Notes: generated by a model from the letters alone, not told the origin. Positions 35,083 to 48,593 are shown, numbered from the whole stretch's first letter. The stretch: DNA of 56,718 bases, filler included, from Catajapyx aquilonaris (GCA_000934665.2; 4 parts of 4 records of this genome joined end to end with filler, not necessarily neighbours in it), one strand, 5' to 3'. Program-made: numbers and translations.

Positions 35083-38000
35083 CTACGAGCCAATTCGATG
35101 CTCCATTGAAGGTCTGAGCAGGAGCGAACCTTCCACCCAGAAATTGGGTCTCTCCAGCATGCTCTGCCATAACGTCGCTTCCTTCTCGGACGCATCCATC
35201 CAGTCCACAGGCTTCCCTTGGTACTTACCTGAAAGAAAAACAATTATGTTAAAATTTCACTAGTTTCTTACAGAAATTATGTCTTACCTGTGCCCATGTT
35301 AAACCTGACTCCGCCAAGGAATTCGTTGGATGTGAGCCTGTCGTGGTCCCAAAGGGTGAGCTCCAGTGCCCTGTCGTGCAACTCCTGCAAGCTCACGTCC
35401 TCGTACGCAAAGGTGTGGTTCCAGGAAGGATTACAGCTGCGTTTGCACACGGACGTCTTCTGCTTCGTATTCTTTCCCTTGTCAGGAAGGAGGTAGCTGA
35501 AATGGATGAGTCAGGATTCACGTCAAAAATGGCCCAACCTGAACACTAACGAACAGCAAAATGACTCCCAACCAAACGCACCTTTTGCAAAAGGCATCGG
35601 TAGTCCCGCTAGCTTTGATTGGAGTAAGATTCTTAGCCTCCTTAACAAGCACGTGCAAGGTACCCCTCGAGGTCCTCTTCCCCTTCTTGTGCGCCGCCAC
35701 AGCATCTGGCGGAACGAACTTGAGGGCCACCACAAAGTCTCCCTTGTAGCTCAGGTTCTCGTCGAAAGGCTCGGATCTCTCCTGCAGCTGGTACCACCTT
35801 GGAGACGGGTCGTCAAACACCCGGTGGGCAAGGGGCATTATCACCTCCCCGAGAAAGTCATTGCGTCCGAACATGTCGCTGTGCCATACCGTCAGCCAGA
35901 GGGTGCGAGTTTCAAGTTCGCTCAGGGACATCTGGAACTAACATTAGAAACACATTATTGTTTACAAAAGTAACTCACACAACTGACAACATCATTAGTT
36001 TTTGGCCTTCTGAGATTGACAGTCACATACGACCTTGGGGAAAATGCGGCCCTTCAAATTTGTGTTTATTTACATCCCATTAAAAAGGAAAGGTCAACAA
36101 GCTTGAGTAACACCAACCTTCAGAACCTCATCAAAGACTGGATTCAAGGTGTGCTTCTTCACTTTGGTCTTCCTTTTCCCACCTTTTGACTTGTCGGGAA
36201 GCAAGTAGATCTTAACGTACCTGGAGGGAGGAAAAAAAAGAGGCTTCCGTCAGGTAAAGGCAGTCACCGAATCAGCCTGCAAAAATTTGCCAACTCACGG
36301 ATCGGATCTGTTCCGCTTGACATCAACCGGAGCCAAGTCCCTGCATTGCTTGACAAGAATCTCAAGTGCAATCTGCTTGTAGTTGTACTGTAGGCCGAAC
36401 TCGACTTCTCCGCGAACTGAAACGGTCCCGTAGCGACCTTCCCCAGCAGCCGAGTAGACACTCACCATCGAATCACTGCGGGTCTGCAATTGTAATTAGA
36501 AATTAGCATTATTCTTTCTAAAAAAAAGGACATTGCAATATACAAATCACCCTTGCCTAATTCACTCAAGGCTCGTGCCTCGATATCAAAAGGAGCATGA
36601 CCAATCATCAAAATGACATCTAAGGTAACAAGCCGAGGCCAAGGAGTGTAAAAATAAACAATCTTAAGTAAACCTTTTTTTTAAAAAGAGACTTGCGGAT
36701 TGGAAAGGTAACTTTCATGGAACCTGCCTTGTCTTTGTAGGGGATCTGAGGTGAAGGGTAGTCTTGGGAGAGCTGTTGTCATACATTAGCCTTTGGAAAA
36801 AACTTTCACACTGTGGAGCCCACTAATGCATAAGTTACTCACGCACGGTGATGTCAGCCTTTCAAAGTAGGCGCCCAGTAATTACAAAATTCAGCTAGTG
36901 AGGGAAGGAAAGGCTTCTGACAATTCACCAAATTGTTGTCTCTATAACTACACAGCATGAACTGTCAAAAACGTGAGCGACAACAAGCCGGACTTTTTGA
37001 AGGTCGACACAAAAAAAATGTCATTTTTTTTTTGTTGCCCTTCGTGAAGGAAAGCTAACCAGTTTGTCTAATAAGCAAAGCTCGATATGGTGCCAATCTT
37101 TATTATCGTGCTCTAAATTGTCTGGTATCTTTCAGGTCAACATGATGAAGCAGCTCCTACTGTTTGTTCACTCGCTTCAACTGAATTTACGAAGGGGAAA
37201 TGGTATCAGTGCAAAACCTTACCACCTCAGTATTCAATCGATAACGTTTGTTACAAAAGGTTCTCATAAGTTGTAATTAGATGTGATATTACCAATAGGC
37301 AGGTTTCACAGCCAACTTCTTTAATAGTAATTAATTTTTGGCACCTACGACCTAACCGTTAATATGCAGCTGAATCCAGATAAAACAGCTTCGGCTATAA
37401 CTCTGTTATATCCGGATTCAACTGTCATTGAAAATCCTGCTGTTGTTAACAAACCTGAGCGAACTTACCCCGAGAGAGCTCATGGTGGATTTCTGCTGGT
37501 GCATGGCCACCAGCCGATCAATGTCCTCTTCAGGACCTGACCAGTCGGAGGCCACCATGCTGCTCGTGCTGCCCCTTCCTATCAACGGATGGTGTTGGGA
37601 CACTGCAAGGGACGGCGATGAGTTCTTGCTGCTGGCACCGGCTTTACCCAAAGTGGACACTCTGGACTGGTGTGCGGAAGAGGGAGATGCTCCGAGGATG
37701 CTGGACTTGCTGGCATTCATGCTGGTGTCTTCTGGGTTCAACAGAAAATTTGCATTAATTCAACAGGGTCCATTGCGAACAAAAATATGCCCCACAAACT
37801 TTCCCTCCAATTTGTAATAACGATACGGCTTACTTGGTTTTTATTTGCCAAAATAAGTGGGTGAAAATCTACATTGTAAACGCATGCATAAATTTCAACC
37901 GGGTCAACTTATTACTTATTACAACAACTACGCTGGTTTTGCTGGGTGTTAAACTATGAAGGCTACTAGCTCCAACGGATAGTATGCAACGGCCTTTAGA

Positions 38001-39809
38001 AAAATTTAGGTCACTAATAAGTCATGGCTAAAAATTCAGAAACAAATGCTTTCACATTCTTCTCTCTCTACATGAAAGCTCAATTATTGGCGCCCATTTC
38101 CATCAGTTTAATTGCGAGGGGGGGGATTGATTGTTGACTCTAGCAACCACCTGGCAATTTATTTTTATTTTTTTTAAATGCGAAATAACTGTGTCCGGAC
38201 CTGCTCCAAATTCCAGACCCACAATCATCGTGAAGGGAGCAAGAGTACAGCTCTCCCAAAGCATGACCATGCGGTCACTTGACCATCTTCGCCGAGGCCC
38301 ATCGCCGAAAAAAAAAATAACAAACACACACACAAAAAAAGCCCACATTTAATTCCCTCTAGAACGTCATTTCCGGAACCTTTTTTTATCCCCCCCTCGT
38401 ATTATATAGCGGAGTTTGAAAAGATTCCATTCCACATTCCGCCCTCACAAAAATGTCGTGACTTCCTCTTCCATGCTATATGGATCCTCTTGGCTGGTTT
38501 CTTGGGCGAATTTCATGATGCCCTTGCCCAAAAATAGAGAGGACTGTCCTTTTTTTTTGTAATCTGTACTAATGAGGTCAAGTCCTATTGGAGTGCTCAA
38601 TGTCACGCATTTTATATCGTTTCCTGCCACTCCTACTCAGGGATAAAATTGGCTCACAAAAATATGGTATAATGTTCATCCGGTTTATACAGATTATGAA
38701 ATCAATTTCCCTTTCCGGTCATCGAAATAATTCATTCATTTCTGGACAAATTATTAATCGGACGATATTATGCAATAATGAGTCAACCCACATGAATGTC
38801 TCACCTGGGAAATTAATGAAGTCATTTACGGTCAGAAGTATGCAGATTTAGTCAGATTGATTTTAACTGAATGACGTACGATCCTTTGGGTGACATTTTT
38901 GTGTGGAGTGACACATTATTGCATAACACCGTCCATACACACCATTTGTGGCAGAAGTGTGTAGATTTGGCCACCTTGATTTTAACTGAATGACGTACTA
39001 TCCTTTGGGTGTATGTTCCTGGGCTTAACTCAATTTTGACATTTGTTGTGGAGTGACACATTATTGCATAACACCGTTCAATTACGCGGTGAACCCCATC
39101 CATCAGATGCAGCTAAATAAATAAACAATTGTGTTCACACGCGTCGTAATCTTCGGATCGTTGTATAGTTACGATCAACCAAAAGACAACGGCGCTCGTA
39201 TGAACTGATCCCAAGCTATAAATTGCTTGTGCGCGTTCACGTGCGGCCTACCGCGTAAAAAACGCCGTAATAACGAAACATGTTTTGCAGATAATCACAC
39301 CCAACGAGTGTGGTGCTCTATAAACCAAAAACGGTGCTATACAAGGGATGTGTTGTGGTGTTATTCGGAGCATCGCATGTGTGTAGGAACGCGTAAGGGT
39401 CATACTTTGTAATTATTACGCGCAACAATTACAGCGCACCATAAGCTCATATGTGACACATTTGCTTACCCTCCCGTGACATCAATTGTGTTTTGCGGTA
39501 CCAAACCACAGTTATTATATTAATTAAACGGCGCGTTACGTCACCTTCCTCCTGCTGTAGTTGACCTTCTGGCAGGTCAGTGTCCTCCTCGGCCGACACC
39601 ACCTGAATGACAGGCATCTCGTGACCTTCGACCTCTGGGTGACCCGACCCTGGCCAGCACCGACAGAACATGAGGCACCACTCCCTCATCGAGAACTTCT
39701 TCGCGGGAGGCATGTCCTCCTGATCGGGACTACAAGACCCGGTGTCCTCTGTCTCCGTATCCTCGTTTGGAAAGGTCGAATACTGAGGCTGCGCGTCTTT
39801 ACCCAACAT
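35083..39809 (-). CDS. btsz: Synaptotagmin-like protein (SYTL4/5, bitesize-like) with tandem C2A-C2B; exons 39470(or 39545)-39809, 37469-37731, 36299-36483, 36118-36220, 35582-35937, 35288-35496, 35083-35228
   Basis: [96 protein letters not shown]; consistent GT-AG phases. The 5'-most exon is less certain and no Rab-binding domain is seen. Confidence 0.9.
38857..39078. repeat. Imperfect tandem duplication (about 120-bp period) in the SYTL intron
   Basis: TTGATTTTAACTGAATGACGTAC(G/T)ATCCTTTGGGTG...TGTGGAGTGACACATTATTGCATAACACCGT occurs twice. Confidence 0.85.
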
Positions 39810-42496
39810 TATTGTCCCAACAACTAATGGCGTATAAAACTGATGACATAAAAACCCAGAGGAAGGGGGAGGAGGTTGAGGGGGGGGGGGATTAAAGCTA
39901 GATAAGTCTTTATCCTGGTTTGGACTGGGCTGGGGCATACAGATAATGCTCTTCCTCTCATTGAAGGCTAAACAACAACTAAGCGGAAATAAATGTAGCT
40001 GCATAATTAGAATGACCAATTAGCCTATGGTAGTGTCGGTAAATAAATATGATAACCTGACAGGGTGGATCAAAAGGGGGCGTCTTCTGATATCGCGTCA
40101 CTCGGATTCTATATATTTTTAAAAAAACACGCAATGACGTCGCTAGATATCAGCAGTTGCGTCTTATATTATCTGCAATAAACTCTGTACACTCCCAATT
40201 ATTTTTAGGAGAATTCTCATAGAGTCAAGGCCGGTTCCATCTTCAGCCTCGACTTTATAAATGGAATGACGGAAACGTGGGAGCTTCACGGTCGATCTTC
40301 CTACTCCAGTCCCCCTCCATATTATTATACATATTTTTCCGCCTATAAAAATGGGGGATAAGAAACTGGCAGCATCCGGCCAGATACGCCCTTAATTTCA
40401 TTCAAAACCACGCGCTTCTCATCACGTCTCTTATATAGTCTTGTATACGGTGTATTTACGACCCTGAAACATACGACCAATTAACTGGATTAATTAAAAT
40501 GTCTGATCGTGCATGTGGGCATATGGTAATTAGAGCAACACGCTGTAATTGCAATGTACAAGCATTTGTTAAAATCATAGCTAATGTCCATTCCAGTGCT
40601 TTACAAGCTGAGCAACTTGGAGTTACTTTCAGGCTGCTAGTACTAGGTGCTATTCATTCAATTCATGACCTACATATACGCGCCTTTCAAATGCCGTCTG
40701 CTGTATATTGTTTAGCCACAAGTTCCATCGTCAGCGAAGCATGTGACTGAATTGCTGTCCAACATGTTACTGCACACTGGGCGTGCTTGATCCAACACGA
40801 TGACATAACTGTCCAGGAAGTACCGTGTATCCCCCTCCAATTGAATGTTTACAAAACCCACTTCCCACAGGCTCAATAAATCATTCCATTTCACTGTACA
40901 CTAATCATAAATATAGTATTCAAAAACACCGCTGTTTGAAATTCCAGGCAATTTTTTTTAAAAACGTATAAATTGATTCGGAATTTTTTTAAAGACGAAA
41001 TCCCGTAGCTTGGGACCGGTTATAAATATGACTGACAAATCCTCATGTTTTTCACGGACCATCAGCGATCTTGAAAGGCGCGTGACTCACCCTGTGAAAA
41101 AACCATGCACAAATGGTGACTCACCGCAATATTCATGGCCAGGAAAAAAAAATTATCGCAAAAAAAAAGTGATCGCGGAAAAATTCCCTGGCCTACAGCT
41201 GTTAAAAATCCGCTTTAAAAATTCCCTCCCAACAACAACAATTCTCGGTACATCATATCTCTGTAGGCGATTGAAAATGTGCAGTGTAGGTCAAGGCTTG
41301 CTCCATACAATATATTAAAACAGGGTAGTGAGGCAGTGAAGGTGTCAAGGAAAACCCGATCCTCTAGTCTGGCAGGCTACTTTCTTTCAGGCTCCAGACT
41401 GCCCATTTTCAAAGAGAGAGAGCTCGCACACAATTGTCCACTCTGGCAACAAATTTGGAGCAAACGCCAACGAAACAGCCAACTTGTGCATGTGAAATTA
41501 GGACGTTGCACCTTAAGACACACACTTTTTTTTGGCTAGGTATTTCTGACTCATCCTGTATACACAAGTGAAATCACATTGCGCTGGCAACACATGACCA
41601 CACCCATTTTTTTTTTTTTCGCTACGTAAACAGTGAAAGTCTTTGGCTTCGATGACCGGTTGGCCGCCCACATGTTGCATCTTCCACCATTTTTATATAT
41701 AGTCAAAAGACGCCCTGGGTAATATTCAAGGCGCCGCATGCTTAATCAGCTCCCATTTTCCTCGGCTATTTGCAAGTTCCCCCAGCATTCTCTCACGTGC
41801 CCGGATAAAATAGACGAAAAAAAAAAAAGTACTAGAGGAATTCCATGGAATCGTCTGCGCGTGCAAAAAGGCGCAGAGTGGAAGGAAGCCCTTAACACTG
41901 TTATGCCCTGTTTAGCCTCAAAATGAAGGTCCTAGGCCGTTAAAAAAAATGTGAGGCCATTGCGTAATCGCATATATCTATCGTATGAGCCTTAGAGTAA
42001 ACAATGGGAGGGAAAATGAACCACCCTGTGTTGCGGAAGAAGCTTGGTAACAACTTTATATTGCGATCAACGATGCACATCTGTGACTTTCACTGCGATT
42101 TTTACTGCAGCCTGAGAACAATTTAGGATTGAATGACGTCATGAATATGAACGTGGGCGCCGGCCTTTGTCGCAGCAAAATTTTTACGACCACCAGTAAA
42201 TGTGTCCATGGAGAAAACCGTGCGCTCTAAATAATTTCGCTTAGACAAGACCCCCTTGAAATGTAACACCTGGCTAATTTCTGGCTCTGATCTGCTACCT
42301 TACTCCTGTTGCAATTACATATGCAATCAGTTAATATCCGAATCGAGTCTCCCAAAGCATAAAATTCATGCACGATCATGTAGAACCAAGGCGCTTTTTT
42401 TTTTTTTTGCAAGATCACGCTCGAGCACCACTGTACGATTTTTACAACTCAGGCCAAAGGAGACATCCCGTCGCTGGTTATTACCTTTGGAAACGG

Positions 42497-42596
42497 NNNN
42501 NNNNNNNNNNNNNNNNNNNNNNNNNNNNNNNNNNNNNNNNTTAATTAATTAANNNNNNNNNNNNNNNNNNNNNNNNNNNNNNNNNNNNNNNNNNNN
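42497..42596. other. Artificial joining spacer
   Basis: 44 N + TTAATTAATTAA + 44 N. Confidence 0.95.
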
Positions 42597-42887
42597 AGCA
42601 GCGGAATCCGCCATTTTGTCCGCGATTTAATTTTCGCGGCCCAAGCCAGATATTCGACGCTAGGTGGCTACAGCTATTGAGGCCAGATTGTAATCATGGG
42701 ATTCCAACAGATTACAGTTTTGTTGGCATCACTAGTTGGCGCCAAAAAAAACTTTTCCAGATGTCCATTTAAATGGACATTTGGTCTCAGGAGGATAATG
42801 GACACGCAGGATTATGTCTTAAAGTCTTAAACTATTCCAGAAGAAAATGCTATCTGCATTAATGATATATAGTATTTTGCTTATGAA

Positions 42888-43535
42888 GGGAGGAGAAGTG
42901 GCGGTGCGGTAACGACCCCAACACTGACAAGGTGGGTTTATACTCCGCCGTAAGGGGCGAGAAGTAGCAGTAGCGCCGTAAAGAAAGCGAGCCTGCTACT
43001 GCAAGCGGTTTATACTAGCTACTGTACGTGTACTGTATGTCAAGCATTGCCGGATTCCTAGTACCCGCGGTGTCCGCCAGGTGTCCGCAGCTCCGGTCTG
43101 CCACGGATTTTGGACTTCAATTTTTTAATACTAAAAACGTCCATGGGTCTCGGCATTGATCATATTAGCTGGCCAAAAATCAAATCGTTCCGGGAATATG
43201 CATTATCGATTATGAGCCAGTTTTCGGACACATACGGGAAGCATTGCGGCGCTTTGCGGAGCCACTATTTTTTTGCCGTAGTGATGGCCTTATGGAGTTG
43301 AAATTCACGCCGTAGTGCGCTGGCGATACAGCAGCAGGCGTGCCGTAAGCTGCCGTAGTGCCCCTTACGGCGGAGTATAAACCCACCTTGAGACACCCCC
43401 TTCATCTCGTGCAGAGTTCAGGGTCACCTCTGGCTTCGTCTCGGGTGGTATTTCCTATAGACTAAACCACCCGGGGGAGCTCACTAAAAATGGCCACATT
43501 AGGACATTGCACTGCACCTTGCACAACCCCTCCTG

Positions 43536-43538
<3 letters not shown>
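42888..43538 (+). mobile_element. Family D SINE interrupted by a MITE and ending in (TA)n
   Basis: Head GGGAGGAGAAGTGGCGGTGCGGTAACG at 42888; body resumes GACACCCCCTTCATCTCGTGCAGAGTTCAGGG at about 43392, near-identical to the reverse complement of 9391-9722. Confidence 0.8.
42928..43390. mobile_element. Harbinger-like MITE
   Basis: Perfect 31-bp TIR CAAGGTGGGTTTATACTCCGCCGTAAGGGGC at 42928-42958 and 43360-43390. Confidence 0.85.
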
Positions 43539-43573
<35 letters not shown>

Positions 43574-45010
43574 GAAAAAGGAGTTGAATGTGTCAAAAGT
43601 ACTCGGAAAAGGAGTGGTAAATCAGCTCGAAAGGAGTGGTTTTTCCACTCGAAAAAGGGGTGAAAAATTCCACTCTTTCAAGCGAGTGAAATGCACTAAT
43701 AAAGGAAATGTCGCATTTCAATCCGGACGATCGAGGGAAAGTTCACTCCTTTTGAGTGAAATTCACTCGAATTTATTTACAGAGTATAACTGCTTCTATA
43801 GTGAGAGAAATGTGGCCAAAGCGGCCGAGCAAACTCTGTGAATTATTATGTAATGTAATAACCCTCAAGTCACTTGACAGCCAGTACGGAAGAGTGTGAA
43901 ATAGTTTTCCAGTAGCCCATAATACAACCGCAAAACCGGCCCTTTATGCTACACTTCCCTCCCTTGTGCTTCCCACCTTTCGTGTCAAAATCAACACTAC
44001 GCTTCCCTTCCCTAAACTCCCAGGCTTGTATGCAATGTCCCCAACATCCGCCTTCAAGGCAGCTAAGAAGAATGTACTCCTTTTAAGTAAATCCGATTAA
44101 GATCTGTATGGGGCTTTCACTCCACCTTCTCTAGGATTTCGGAGTTTAGGCTTGCTCCAAATGCTGCGGATGGGAAGGGTGAGAGGGAGGGAGGGAGGGA
44201 GGGAGGGAGGGAGGGGACTGCAGCAGAAAAAGAAAAGGGCCAAGTGGAAGGAAGGAATATACTGTATAGTGTACTTTAGGCCAATATTACAGTAAGATAG
44301 GCTACTTTTTCGTGTATATTGCCTACAGCTTGGTTGCAGTTGACTTATGCTGGTTCGACAAGAAGAATACGGAATATATGCGCATTTTGAGTCGTACTGT
44401 ACCTATACTAGCTATAGGTTGTGCGGGAGTTGCAACTTGTTACTTTACAACATACACTGAAGCCTGAGGCGGATGACAATGGCGGGGGCAACAGCAGTAG
44501 TTGATGGTGAGTTGTAGTTATTGCTATAGGGCTATTAGCACTCCTGTCCCTCTTCTCTGGGATAAGAGGGTGTGTGTTGAGGGGTGGAGTTGTGGGGGTA
44601 AGGTTGGGTTAGGGTGTAGCTGGGAGGAGGGGGATGTAGGACTTGGACGTGCCTTCAACCAGCTGCATGCAGGCAAAAGCCAAACCGCCTTCCAACCTGC
44701 CCGGTTTGCTCAGCAAATATTGACTTAGATGACGGGCGGTTACTTATTTAGAGGCACACACACGTCGACAACAGCGCTTCCTTCCTCAGCAGTGATAGGT
44801 GAATTCGGAGAAGAAATAGGTGGCAGGAGAGAGGAAAGGGGGGAGAGAGGGAACATGTTCTAATCACCATCGATGAAATAAAAAGTCGCCTCTTGCAACA
44901 TGAGTATGAGTGATACAGTTTTGTGGCATGCCAGTCGAACAATGTATACATTAGGCTTATAGGCAATACACACTGGTTATATATAGTCTATAAATCCCTT
45001 CTGGTACGTA

Positions 45011-45179
45011 CAGTGCTGGCCATATACAGTATGGAGGCAACGACTTGCGACATTTTTCCGAAGGGGCAGAAGAAGGAATCTTGCTCGCCCGGCTTGTAGC
45101 ATATGCTTATCTTCGATTCCTTCTTCTGCCGCTTCGGGAAAATGTCGCTAGTCGTTGCCTCCATATATGGCCAGCACTG
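45011..45179. mobile_element. Palindromic Tc1/pogo-type MITE
   Basis: TA|CAGTGCTGGCCATATA...TATATGGCCAGCACTG|TA. Confidence 0.85.
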
Positions 45180-45216
45180 TACTCTTCTGTGACTGTCATA
45201 AAAATAAGGATAATGT

Positions 45217-45939
45217 TATAGAGTATCCGGAAAGTAAGGTCCGTTTATTTATTAGAAAAACCACAGTGCACCCCCAAAATTATTATTTGTACATCTGAAA
45301 TCGACAACACTCTCTACTTTTTTTTCAAAGTAGTTTCCAAACAAATTATTGAAGCATTTTTCATTGAGTTACACAAGATTTTACTTGCCTATATGTCGTA
45401 GAGGTCTGCCGCCGCCGATCCCTGAACGCTGGCTTGCAACTCCTCATCATCGTCAACCTTCTGCCTTGCAAGCCATTTCTTCCTGTCTATGGACAGGTGG
45501 TAATCGCTAGGCTCTAAATCCCAGGTGATCGAACAATTCGCACTTGAATTGTTGCGTAGCGGCATATTGAGTTCCTGGTGTTTTTCTTGCGCGACAATGC
45601 CTGCCTGCCTATACTTCCTTCATACTGGAACGCTGTCGCAACAATTCAAGTGCGAATTGTTCGATCACCTGGGATTTAGATCCTAGCGATTACCAGAAGC
45701 TTATAGGTTGACGATGACGAGAAGTTAAAATCCAGCGTTTAGGGATCGGTGGCGGCAGACCTCTATGACATAGGCATACAAAATCGTGTGTAACTCAATG
45801 AAAAATGCCTCAATTTGTTTGGAAACTATTTTGAATAAAAAGTAGACAGTTGTCGATTTCAGATGTGCAAATAATAATTTTGGGGGTGCACTGTGGTTTT
45901 TCTAATAAATAACGGACCTTACTTTCCGGATACGCTATA
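45217..45939. mobile_element. Foldback element made of two inverted mariner 3' ends
   Basis: Arms of about 300 bp; remnants DLEPSDYHL...KKWLARQKVDDDEELQASV and ADLYDIGIQ...KCLNLFGNYFE* (mariner YSPDLAPSDYHLF C-terminus). Confidence 0.85.
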
Positions 45940-46218
45940 TATATCACCTAGCCATCCCCATGAAAACAAAGAAAAATATTAAATTAAGTTTTACTGCAAA
46001 AAATGTCAAAGGGCCTAAAATCACTATTCTTGGCATGTCCCGATCTCATTTTAAAGCATGCTATATTTTCTTACAATTTTATTATTAACATTAGACAAGT
46101 TTCAACTATACTATAATTAAATTGTATACATAGTTGCAGGTATAAAACAACATTTTTAAAACTATTTATTCATTTGACATGACCTTGCTGCATCACTCCA
46201 AAGTGTGTCCCGAGTTTT

Positions 46219-46640
46219 CCCGGAAATAAAAAGTTCACACTCCTGGCTCATTTTTCTATGTCACAAAATAGCTTAAATATTTTGAAATAACTGTGATTTC
46301 ATGGCATGAAGGGTCTTCTTGAACCCACAGAAATTTCCACTGTCAACGTTTGTTCTGGATCGTGATATTAATCCTAATCGATCCTAATGCATCCAAAGGC
46401 CTTTCTTCTGGCTCCCAAACTCCCGGAAATAAAAAGTTAACACTCCTGGCTCATTTTTCTATGTCACATAATAGCTTAAATGTTTTGAAATAACTGTGAT
46501 TCCATGGAATGAAGGGTCTTCTTGAACCCACCGAAATCTCCATAGACAATGTTTGTTCTGGACCGTGATATTAATCCTATTGCATGCATAGGTCATTCTT
46601 CTGGCTCCCGAACTCCTGGAACTATTCACTCTCCTGGCAT
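46219..46640. repeat. About 204-bp tandem repeat, 2 copies plus a partial third
   Basis: CCCGGAAATAAAAAGTT...CACTCCTGGCTCATTTTTCTATGTCACA recurs at about 46219 and 46422, with a degenerate start near 46613. Confidence 0.85.
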
Positions 46641-47089
46641 TAGAATATCAGAATTAGTTCTCCATATTTTTCCATGATTTGTGACCTCATATAGAGTAAG
46701 TGAAAATTTTTCCAGATTTTTAAAACAAGTTTTGAAATTCATTAATTCTTGCTTTGAAAATGGTAAGTTTTTGGAGAATCAGCCATATACATATGATTGT
46801 ATTTTGCACAATTATTTAGTACACCCTATAGCCTACTTGTTTTACTGACTCCGTTAACTGCTCTACACTATTAAAAGCCATTTATGAGCCACTGCGAAAT
46901 CAATAAATTATCTTACATTGCCAGTGTGGCCAACAATACTACACTCATAGTCAGGAACTATTTAAAGGTTGCATAATAGCGTTTTAAAACCTTCATATAA
47001 ACTATAAAGGTTACGCTACAGAGTTATTATTCCCGATAAGTAGTTGATGCTATAAATGAATAACAAGTATCAACCATATTGTCCATATA

Positions 47090-47297
47090 CAGGGTGGTCC
47101 AACATCAAGTGTCGTTTTATAACGGCTATTAATAGAATCGCTTTACGATTGACGTAGCAGCGACGTGTGAAATTTCCCACTTCGATGGCGCCGAAGATGC
47201 GCCGAAGTGGGACATTTTACGCGTCGCTGCTACGTCATCGCAAAATCACTGCTATTAATCGCCGTTATAAAACGACACTTGATGTTGGACCACCCTG
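47090..47297. mobile_element. Palindromic Tc1/mariner-type MITE
   Basis: TA|CAGGGTGGTCCAACATCAAGTGTCGTTTTATAACGGC...GCCGTTATAAAACGACACTTGATGTTGGACCACCCTG|TA. Confidence 0.9.
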
Positions 47298-48524
47298 TAT
47301 ACTTGTTCTGGATCTACTCTCGAGCAAGCAAACCATTCAAATAGGTTAAAATTAATGACCAGAATGAGGGTGTATATTTATATTAATTTTATTTACAATG
47401 ATGTGTGATTTGTATAACTCTCTTCCATTAAATAAAAGATATTTATATAGTAAGCCTACATGATGGTTACATGTGTGAGGTACCAAAGTACAGATTTATA
47501 AGAGATTTTGGGACGGAGTTGTGAAGAAAGGGGCTGGAGACACAAATTTTTCTGCATTCCACTTTTGAATTTCCGAGATTAGTCACGTTATCTATGGGTT
47601 TGAAAAATGGTCGACATTTACGAACGTTCACATAGATTTCCTATAACCTATTCCATTTGAACCAAATAGTTTAAATAGTCTGCGCATAACTGACAACAGA
47701 GCACGGATATAGGCTACACATTGTATCATCTTTAGTCGGAGTCAACACAAGGCCTTGTCAGGCGAACAGGTGGTCTTAGAGGAGGACGTGGTCGGCGATG
47801 GGAAGGCCGTGCTGGTGAAAGATGGAGGTGCGGGGGGCCTGTGGAATTCAGGTTCTGTAAGCAAATGTGTGCCAATTATAAGGCAGGGGCTGGACTCGCA
47901 ATGCAAGCAAAAGACGGACGCACGAAATGCCTTTTGTGTAGTCGAAGGGAAAATGACGGGTAGCAGTTGTTGGCATGGTGGAACTATTTGCCTCTATTGC
48001 TATAATGAAGTGAACCCCCACGAACCTCCTACGTCATGATTGGAGAGTTGCCTTGTGTAGTGGCCGAGCACTGTCCCCCTCCCCAACCTCTTCTACACGT
48101 CGACTTGTCTGTATATCTTTTTGTGTGGCTGTTGTTATCGACAGGGCAGCAGAAAGGTCTCTCCGGTAGCTTATGTATACAGTGATCAAGACGAGTAGGG
48201 TGGAAGAAGAATTTTCATTTGTGCTTCAGTTGAAGGACGAAGCCTAGAATGTGAACAGTTTAGACGTGTGATGGATGCGTTGAAAAGTAGTTATACTTTA
48301 AAAGGATAACACTCTCACTATTAATTTGATAGTGCTGTGTAGGGGTCATTATTTCATTATTTTAGCCTACAAATCGGTGATTTTATTACCGCATTCCACA
48401 AATCCCGTTGGGGCGTAAATTTTTTTTAAAAGAATATACCACTAAATTGACCCGTGTCAATGATAGCACAGACCTTTAGCTACCACACATTATGATGATC
48501 CAAGCATTTTTCGAACTCGGTACA

Positions 48525-48593
<69 letters not shown>

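Noticed and set aside
36720..36900. Possible SYTL cassette micro-exons with GT donors
   Set aside because: I could not find a phase 0-to-0 combination without stops or frameshift; RNA data are needed
47742..48240. Exon-like minus-strand stretch (EPEFHRPPAPPSFTSTAFP...*) with an upstream signal-peptide-like piece
   Set aside because: Splice phases do not join into an open frame and no family is recognisable
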